From Octopus sinensis (Eukaryota), in contig NC_043000.1 of the NCBI RefSeq assembly GCF_006345805.1, forward strand, positions 49,910,001 to 49,974,000: a DNA stretch of 64,000 nt, written 5' to 3'. Shown here piece by piece: positions 54,940-64,000 of the stretch. The notes under the pieces were generated by a model. That model ran no database searches, was not told the origin of the DNA, and saw only the letters and a list, made by a program, of their open reading frames with translations. Each line of letters opens with the position of its first letter. Positions within the stretch are counted from its first letter, which is position 1. Position numbers and translations under genes: made by a program.

Positions 54940-56020
54940 GGTCAATATATATTATCGTTATCCTCCTCATATTTTATGTACACTTTCCCATGGTTGCATG
55001 GGTTGGATGATTCCTTTCCACAGAAGTATCTTTCTATTTCTTATGTTCTTTGCCATTTCCTTTGTGAGGGCCAAAAACAAAAAATTCTTGAAACCAGCTT
55101 TTACTACTTTTGCACATCTCTTCCTAGTCTTCTACTTTCACAATTTCTTTCCACTTGGATATCGTGGCCCTTATTTACCCATCTCTTTTTTCCAACATGC
55201 ATCACATCCCTGTTAGTGCAGTTTCCATTCTTTCACACAGCAACTGATTCCTCTTATATCTAGTTTATCTATCAGCTCATCTGTATCATGTCATTCATGC
55301 TTAGTGGCATTATACATCCATTGTAGCATGATTGCTTCATTTCCCTCCAGTTTTTGCATGTCAGTACCCACATCATGATGATGTAGCATCATCATCATCA
55401 TTGTTCGACCGTGATCGAGACAGTGGAATTTACCATGCTACGCCAGACTTCACGGTCCATCATAGCATTACGGAGGTCCTGTTGCTGGATGCCTGTATCC
55501 CTGGAGCATACAATCTACTCTCAGCCAGAAGAAAGAATCCCTTTGCTACCAGCAGAGGTAATATCCCACTGAACTTTTCAACTCTATCTACTATACTTTC
55601 AAAGCGCACTCTTTCAATGACAATTACACTGCTATCAATTACTTCTATAGACCCTCTTGAACACGGAAGGGAATTTGTAGTACAACTGCATTGATTGCTA
55701 ACCTCTCCTGTACATCTGCTGTGCACAAAACCTTTTTCACCATCATCAAGTCTGTGACCACAATTCACCATATGAAGTTTCTACCAACCCTTTTTCTCAA
55801 TATTATGTATGGTCATTTCTTTGATGGCAGTAGTGTCCTGTCTTCTACACTACATACTGAAACTTTGGTGTTTATTAAGTTTACTACCCTGAAACCTTTC
55901 GATTCCAGGTTTTGCTTCTGCCTCTGGAATTTCACTTCTGAGTCTTTCACTGACTCTTCTATATATCATCAGCATACAGGATTTCCATGAATAGCTGATC
56001 TTTAACTCTTCTAATGTAGC
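54940..56020 (-). mobile_element. Decayed RTE LINE, from the RT YADD motif to the 3' tail
   Basis: EILYADDI at about 55962-55985, then ...NLESKGFRV..., ...FSGILPLLVAKG...RLYAPGIQ..., ending in a tail like the 9520 family. Confidence 0.8.
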
Positions 56021-57659
56021 TTGGAGAACTATTATCAATCTGTCTGTCTGTCTATCTGTCTCTCTCTCTCTCTATCTATGTATGTATGTATGTATGTATG
56101 TGTTTATGTGTGTGTGTGTAAATATATATTACAGTTATACATGTATACATACATATTGAACATTGCATTTATACATATGTATATATGTATTTATGTATGT
56201 ATGTATGCATGTGTATATATATGTATGTATGTATGCATGTACGTATGTATGTATGCATGTATTAATACATATATATAATTTTATATTTCATTATATTCCT
56301 TACATATACATATATTCATCTGTTCATTCAACATTTGGGGTTTTACTGTGTTTGTGTTTCATTTTTCTTCCTGTTAGCACTCCATCCTTGTTCTTCAAGG
56401 CATGTTTTTACCTTGGAAACCAGTGTTAATATTAGATGCATTATTTTTTTTAAGACAGTGCAGTGATGTGATTTGAAGGAGATTTTGGTAGTTAGATCAA
56501 GCAAACTCATAGAGGCTCCCTCATTGACTTGTAATGCATTCTTTTATAGCAGCATGACAATAAGCTTTCATGCATATCTTCTCAACAGTGTTATTAGAGT
56601 CACATAAATTGGTTTAGTAATGCCATGAATAACTACTTCTTTTTAAAAAAACGCACTGCTGTCATCTAAAGATGATATATTTTAGCACATTAAGCAGAAA
56701 CTTGGAAGGATTTAAGAATTTAAATCACTTAATGTACATGTTATAGTCTCAGTAACTTTATAATGGAATATTGTGTTTGCTTTAGCCAAAAAGCATTCAA
56801 ACATATTGAACATTCATTTATTTTTATTGTTATTCCATGTTTTGCCATTCTTTGTTTGTTTACTTGATTCTTTTACTTTTGCCTTTTTTTTTTTGTTATT
56901 TTACTAGCCATTTCTTTTTTAATGTTCAAAAATTTTAATTGCATAGCTGGTGGAATAACAATTTGAGATATATTAAAAACAAAATTATGAATTCACCCCC
57001 ACTTCCATTTCTATTTTCTCTTTTTTTTTTCTGGCAGTTATTCTAAAATTATTATTATTTTTTTTTCTTTGCATTAAGATAAAATCACATTATTATGACA
57101 CTTTTCTCATTATGGTTTTTTTTTTTTTTTCCTGAATTGAAAAGAAGTAGTTTCAAAATGAAATCTGCTTCTCTTAATCTTTTATAATTACCTTTGAATA
57201 CAAATAAAATTGGAGGCAATAATTTTAAATCTAATTTATAAATTCTAAGTATTTCTTGCAACAGATTTATTGTTTGCTTTTCTAAGATGTTTAAAAGGGT
57301 GAAAAGTAGGCTTCAGAGTCTTTATTCTTGAGATAATATCTCACTGAAACTATATCTCATTCTCACTTTTTAAGCACAGCATGGTTTAATTGTTGTTATA
57401 GAGAAATATTTTAACCATAGGAGTAAATGACCCTTCTGAATAACATTGGCAGGAAATAGAGAAGTTATGATTCTTTCAATGATGCTAACAAACTTATAAA
57501 ATAAATGAAATATTTAGTAAGATGTAATGTATATGTGTGCATGTGTATATATATATATATATATATAAAGGGGGAGAATTCACAAAAAAACAAAAGACAG
57601 GTGGTGTAGACAACACACAGATGTATTAGTATAATGCTCGGAAAATATATATATATATA

Positions 57660-57844
57660 TGTAGGTCCCGGGTTGATTCGGGGTTAACCACAGTAAATAA
57701 GGTACTCAATACATAGCAGAGTAAAATTAATTTATTATATAGAAGGAGCTTCTACAGGACTAGAACTATTTCATTCAAGAGAAATCTTCAAGATTTCTCT
57801 TGAATGAAATAGTTCTAGTCCTGTAGAAGCTCCTTCTATATAAT

Positions 57845-57851
<7 letters not shown>
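57660..57851 (-). mobile_element. PLE pseudo-LTR-like fold-back element (family H5) with a perfect 125-bp palindrome
   Basis: Arms 57727-57788 and 57790-57851 are exact reverse complements. They contain a hammerhead-like 3' half (GAATGAAATAGTTCTAGTC). Flanked by (TA)n. Confidence 0.6.
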
Positions 57852-57876
<25 letters not shown>

Positions 57877-57884
57877 AACATATT

Positions 57885-58010
57885 ATATAGAAATATGAAC
57901 GCAGATTGAACAGAAATCGTTTTATTTCATACGTGTTTGCACAAATTACCAAAATATTGTAGAATGAAAAAAACGATTTTGTTCAATCTGCGTTCAGCTA
58001 TTTCTTATAT
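57885..58010. repeat. Imperfect inverted repeat (about 46-bp arms, about 33-bp spacer), unclassified
   Basis: TGAACGCAGATTGAACAGAAATCGTTTT pairs with AAAACGATTTTGTTCAATCTGCGTTCA. Confidence 0.75.
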
Positions 58011-58155
58011 TCTCCAATAATGTTTTAATTTCAATTATCCGCACCAACGACGGTTGCAACGCCAGATGGTGTATCCAACCGTGCTACTGCTGTGATTTTT
58101 GCTACTAAGGTATCGGTAAATTTGATATACTACAAGATTATTCATCTTTCTATTT

Positions 58156-58159
<4 letters not shown>

Positions 58160-58244
<85 letters not shown>

Positions 58245-58262
58245 GTATATATATATGTATAT

Positions 58263-58309
<47 letters not shown>

Positions 58310-58377
58310 GTATATATATATATGTATATATATATGTATATATATATATATATATTATATATGTATATATATGTATG

Positions 58378-58436
<59 letters not shown>

Positions 58437-58438
58437 GT

Positions 58439-58491
<53 letters not shown>

Positions 58492-58492
58492 T
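58160..58492. repeat. Long (TA)n microsatellite
   Basis: Direct reading. Confidence 0.95.
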
Positions 58493-58504
58493 AAGGGATT
58501 ATTT

Positions 58505-58890
58505 TTTTTCTTTTATTTGTTTCAGTCATTTGACTGCGGCAATGCTGGAGTACCACCTTTAGTTGAACAAATCAACTCCAGGTTTTATTGTTTGTAAGCC
58601 TAGTACTCATTTGCTGAACTGTTAAGTTATGGAGACATAAACACACCAACATCGGTTGTCATGCAATGGTGGAGGAACAAACACTGACACACAAACATAC
58701 ACACACACACACACACATATATATATATGTATACAACGGGCTTCTTTCAGTTTTCATCTACCATATCCACTCACAAGGCTTTGGTCGGCCTGAGGCTATA
58801 GTAGAAGACACTTGCCCAAGGTGCCATGCAGTGGAACTGAACATTGAACCATGTGATTAGGAAGCAAGTTTCTTACCACACAGCCATGCT
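58505..58890 (-). mobile_element. SINE family A
   Basis: Colinear with 7882-8348. Confidence 0.8.
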
Positions 58891-59224
58891 GACTTACTTT
58901 ATATATGCACACACATATACATGCACATATGCACATAGACACACATACACACATATATATACATATATCCATATATTTATACATATATCCATATATGTAT
59001 ATATATCCCTATATGTACATATATATATATGTATATATATCATTTATATAAATATATCATATATATATCATCATCATCGTTTAGCATCTGTTTTCCATGC
59101 TGGCATAGATTGGACGGTTTGACTGGGACTGGCAAGCCAGGAAGCTGCACTAGTCTCCAGTCTGATCTGACAATATTGCTTAGGCATTGCGAGACTAATA
59201 ACCAAGTGTAGAGCTCAATATACA

Positions 59225-59825
59225 CATGCTCTTTGTTTTAATTTTTTAAGCCTGGTACTTATCCTATTGGTCTCTTTTGCTGAACCACTAATTTACAGGT
59301 ACATAGACACACCAACACTAGTTGCCAAGTGAGATTGAAGGGCAAACAAAGACACACACACACATAGTTATATACATATACATATATATATGACAGGCTT
59401 CTTTCACTTTCTTATTTCTTTACTGCCCACAAGGGGCTACACACAGAGGGAACAAACAAGAACAAACAAACAGATTAAGTCGATTATATCGACCCCAGTG
59501 TGTAACTGGTACTTATTTAATCGACCCCAAAAGGATGAAAGGCAAAGTCGACTTCGGTGGAATTTGAACTCAGAATGTAGCTGTAGACGAAATACTGCTG
59601 AGTTTTTCGTCTGGCATGCTAACGTTTCTGCCAGTTTGCCACCTTTCTTTTTTTCTTTTTTGATTCACTTCTGTCTACTTTCTATCTATCAAATCCACTC
59701 AAAAAGCTTTAGACAGCCCAAGGATATAGTAGAAGACACTTGCCCAAGTTGCCACACAGTTGGACCGAACCCACAACCATGTGGTTGGGAAGCAAACCTC
59801 TTAGCAGACTGGCACTCTCATGCCT
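59225..59825 (-). mobile_element. SINE family A interrupted by a family B copy (about 59410-59645)
   Basis: Family A halves flank a complete family B copy in the same orientation. Confidence 0.75.
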
Positions 59826-61511
59826 TTGTTTAAAATTCAGTTTTAAGAAGCAAAACATTTAGTCATAGATTTTAGCACAGAGTCTGGTGTATAAGATACA
59901 GCACAAGTTACAAATAAAGATACCTTAGTATTTATTAATAGAAGAGTAAAACAGTTATGTTGTATAAATATATGATACAATAATGTGTATAAGTGTAGAA
60001 CATAGCAACATAACAAAGTTGTGTAAAATAACTATCAATTAAGCCTCCAAAGAAAATTAAAAGAAACAATAATTACATTGTAAGATATTAATTTCTCATC
60101 ATCTCATCATTTCTTTAGCAACAATAAATTATAATTTGTCTAGCACTTTAAAATCAATCAAAAATAACTTTCTGTTCTCATATTCAATGTGTTTTGTTAA
60201 TGAGTGACAGAGAGTAATTTATATGCTGTCAGCAAAATTTATATCCTTCAGGAAATCCACAGTTTTTGATAGAGCTTTAAAAAATACTGAAATTAAATCA
60301 ATGTAAATGTGTGAGCAATGTAAACACAAGCGTGACAAAACAGTTAAGAAGTGGGTGGAATTTTGTTTTCAGTACACCATATAACCCCTCATAACTTTTT
60401 ATCTTATGGAATTTCCAAAAATATTTTGTAAATTTGTTTTCTACACATGGGAATTCATATGATTATGCACCCCACCCCCACAAAAAAGATTTCTTTGTGT
60501 GTGATTTAAGGACTATTTAGCTGATATTTTTAGCACACCTCACGATGACCTGATACCATCCTTGTTTGTTTGTCACTCTGATGCATTGATGTTTTTCAAT
60601 GTTTCTCCCCATAAATACACTTAATAGTCTATTGCTGGGATTTAAGCAAAAAAAATTCGAACTGTCTGATTTAAAAAAATAAAAATTCCAAAACTTTTTT
60701 TTAAAATTGATTTTTCATAATCATTTGAATTCTTGAGTATAGGACAGAAATACACAAACATTTTCTGAAAATTTCCCAAAATAAAATAGTAGTTATGATG
60801 TGTTATGTGGCATGCTTAAATCAGAAATTCTGCCAAGAAGTGTACAAGAAGTGTACTCAATCCTATAGTCTTGCTGTTTGACATATTTGGTAAAGTGTCT
60901 TCAAACATACCCCAGCAACAGTGCAAAAGTCTATGGAATAGATTATACCAATAATTCAAAAGGCATCTTGTGCCACATAGCAATCGTGCTGATTCTGGCC
61001 GAGATTTATGTTAAGAGTGCAAGTTTCTGTGGGACACTCAGATACTCATCAGTTTGCTACAAATACAACAGAAAAATAAACTGATCAGAGACCCACCATT
61101 ATATATGTGTATGAAGGTGTTTATATGTGATACATGTTAACTTTTATGTGAATGTAAGTTAACTATGAGTTGTGATAGTGTGTCCCCTTCAGCATCTATA
61201 TTAGTAAAAGAGTTTTGCCAATTATTTTTTTATCAACCTCACCTCAGAACTAACTTGATATGACATGCAAGTTTCTTGTTTTTTTTTTCTCACTTGCACC
61301 AGTACAGGCAAAGTGTGAGGACACATCAGATGCAGCTATTCCAACTTCAAAGTAGTTTTTCTAAGTAAAAACACAAATGTATCATTAAGGTTATACTATG
61401 TGACTGTGGTAAGCTACACTGCTCCACCACCAAATATATAAACTGACACACAAGCACATATGCACACATAGAAAAGCACACACACACAGGCAAACAATAT
61501 ATATGTGTGTT

Positions 61512-61567
<56 letters not shown>

Positions 61568-62039
61568 AAAAAAACATACATATATGTATATATGATTAAA
61601 AAATACATAAAATTTCACTGCTGTTCTTATTTTCTTTTTGTACTAAATATTTATCATCATGTCCATATAAAACTTTATTTCATATCACTTGATGAACTGA
61701 ACATACTGCATATTTTGAAGAAGCTTAACAGCTGATATTCATAAGTGTACAAAGCCAAATATTCTGTGATTGTGTGTATAGTTGTCGATGGTGGTTGTAG
61801 TGGTAGTGGTGGTGTTGGTGGTGGTGTTATTGTTGCTGTTGTTGTTGAGAAGATAGCACAAAGCAAAAAAATATATTCAAGCATCATAGTAGAATCTTGT
61901 TTTGAATACTAAAATTTACCAAAATGATTCTTTAGAACATTCTGCAATGATAAAAAAAAATTAATAATAATATATTAAACAAACTTACAAAAAGTACAAC
62001 CGATATTCTCAGTACAACACACACACATAAATACATACA

Positions 62040-62154
62040 TATATATATATATACATACATACATACATATGTATATATATATATTATATATATATATATA
62101 TACATACATACATATATATAATATATATATATACATATGTTTATACATACATAC

Positions 62155-62218
<64 letters not shown>

Positions 62219-62251
62219 CATATATATATACATACATACATATATACATAC

Positions 62252-62304
<53 letters not shown>

Positions 62305-62314
62305 CATATATATA

Positions 62315-62356
<42 letters not shown>

Positions 62357-62394
62357 TATATACATACATATATATATATTTATATATATATATA

Positions 62395-62435
<41 letters not shown>
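62040..62435. repeat. Long imperfect (TA)n microsatellite
   Basis: Direct reading. Confidence 0.95.
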
Positions 62436-62447
<12 letters not shown>

Positions 62448-64000
62448 ATGTGTGCACATGCACATATACACACATATCAAAGCAGTTAATATATTTAATG
62501 CAAACAGTCTAAAATAAACATATCAATAGTTTCACATAGTTCAGTCCCTATTGTATCTGTCATGCAGACAATAAATAATTCTCTGTCTTCTTTAAGGACT
62601 CAGCATGAACTGTCAAAAACCAAAAGGGATTTTCATGGAATACAAAAATATTTTAATATCAAATTTTCTGATAGATATCAATGGTGTATGCAAATGCAAA
62701 ACCTTTGAAGAGAAGTAGGTTATTAGTAGAGGAGCTAGAGATAGATAATTTGGAACTGAGTAAATTTACAATCTTGTTTGTCACTCGTGCTATTAAACCA
62801 TTTCACCACTGATTTAGTCTTCTTCCACAAAGGAAAGGATATAAATATTTCTTTGTTTTTTTTTTGTTTTTTTTTGTATTTTTTAAGTAAAACTGAATCT
62901 AGGATTATAAAATGTTTATAAAATGAAAACACAGGGAAGCACCCACGACTTGCACAGCCTGTTTTTCATGTTCAGAGTTGTTGAAACATCAACTAAACAA
63001 CTTCGCATTGGCTGTTAGCTGACAGAGCCCTGTGTCTTTTGAAAATTCCATGCTCCCCAAAATTTGCCAACAGCACTCCTGACATGCATTTTCCACTTTA
63101 TGGATCTTTTATTGTTCATTTTTGTCTTTTTTTGTTTGTTTTTGTTTTAGTCTATGTACTATACAAGCACTTTTTGCTATAATTGCTGTCTTTACTTGAC
63201 TTATTACTACCTCCCGTCTCCTCTTTTTAACCTTTTCTGACAAATTACAGTACACCATCTGAGCATTGTATACAATTAGTTTATTATTACTATTTCCCTA
63301 ACTATTCCTAATTTAGTATTGGTTTAGTTAGTTGTATTTACAGTAACTAGAAAAATTAGGGTTGTGATGTTTAAGGGAAATAAATGAGGAGTCTAAATAT
63401 TCTACTCTGTCATACAGTTTAAGTTTGATGACTATATCTTTGGCATCTATATTTAAGGAATTCTATGTGTTGATACCAGATTAAAAAAAAATATTGATGG
63501 GCTGATATTTTGCTTATACTGCAAGAGATTCTGGCTTCATATGACAATACATAAATTCAATAGAAGTAGATAAAACTATTAAATTCATATTTAAAGTGCA
63601 TTCCTGAATCTAGCTCTCCTTATCAGTTTGAAAAGGTTTGTTTCAAATGGCTTGAGTTCTTTGTTGAGTGTTTTTCTTTTTCTTGTATGAATCCATATTT
63701 ATTTTCTAAGGTATATCTCTGTTGAAAATGAGCTTATTATCTCATTCTTCTTGTTAAGTCTTTAATTTTCTTCATTAAACCATTGAAGCAATGCCATTTA
63801 AATGGAAATATTTCTGGTGGAATAATTCAATGAGTACTTTTCTATATTCAGCTAGAATTTATCTGTTTCTATTCATTGCTCATGTATAAAAAATAATGAC
63901 AGATATATGTGAACACTTCAGTATGAAGGACAAAAGAGTACTCAATACTATAGGCAGAATGTTGTTTATGTTTTATTGGTAGCTGAAACTTCGCAAATTA

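Noticed and set aside
61020-61052. CTGATGAG...GAAAC on the minus strand resembling a hammerhead
   Set aside because: There is no credible stem II, stem III or stem I pairing.

Overview
This is AT-rich eukaryotic non-coding DNA. The SINE, RTE-LINE and microsatellite landscape points to an octopod cephalopod (inferred from recognised repeat families, not from a search). No host protein-coding gene can be identified with confidence, and most ORF-track entries are (TA)n/(CA)n translations or repeat fragments. The window holds tRNA-derived SINEs, decayed RTE LINEs, DD34D-mariner and DD37D-maT transposase remnants, a Helitron 3' fragment, TTAA-flanked MITEs and large (TA)n arrays. The notable signal is a set of short fold-back elements sitting in (TA)n tracts that resemble Penelope-like element (PLE) pseudo-LTRs and carry minimal hammerhead-ribozyme motifs. 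One has a G3:C8-swapped core. There is also a snap-back inverted duplication centred on a bare retroelement tail. Repeat boundaries are approximate.
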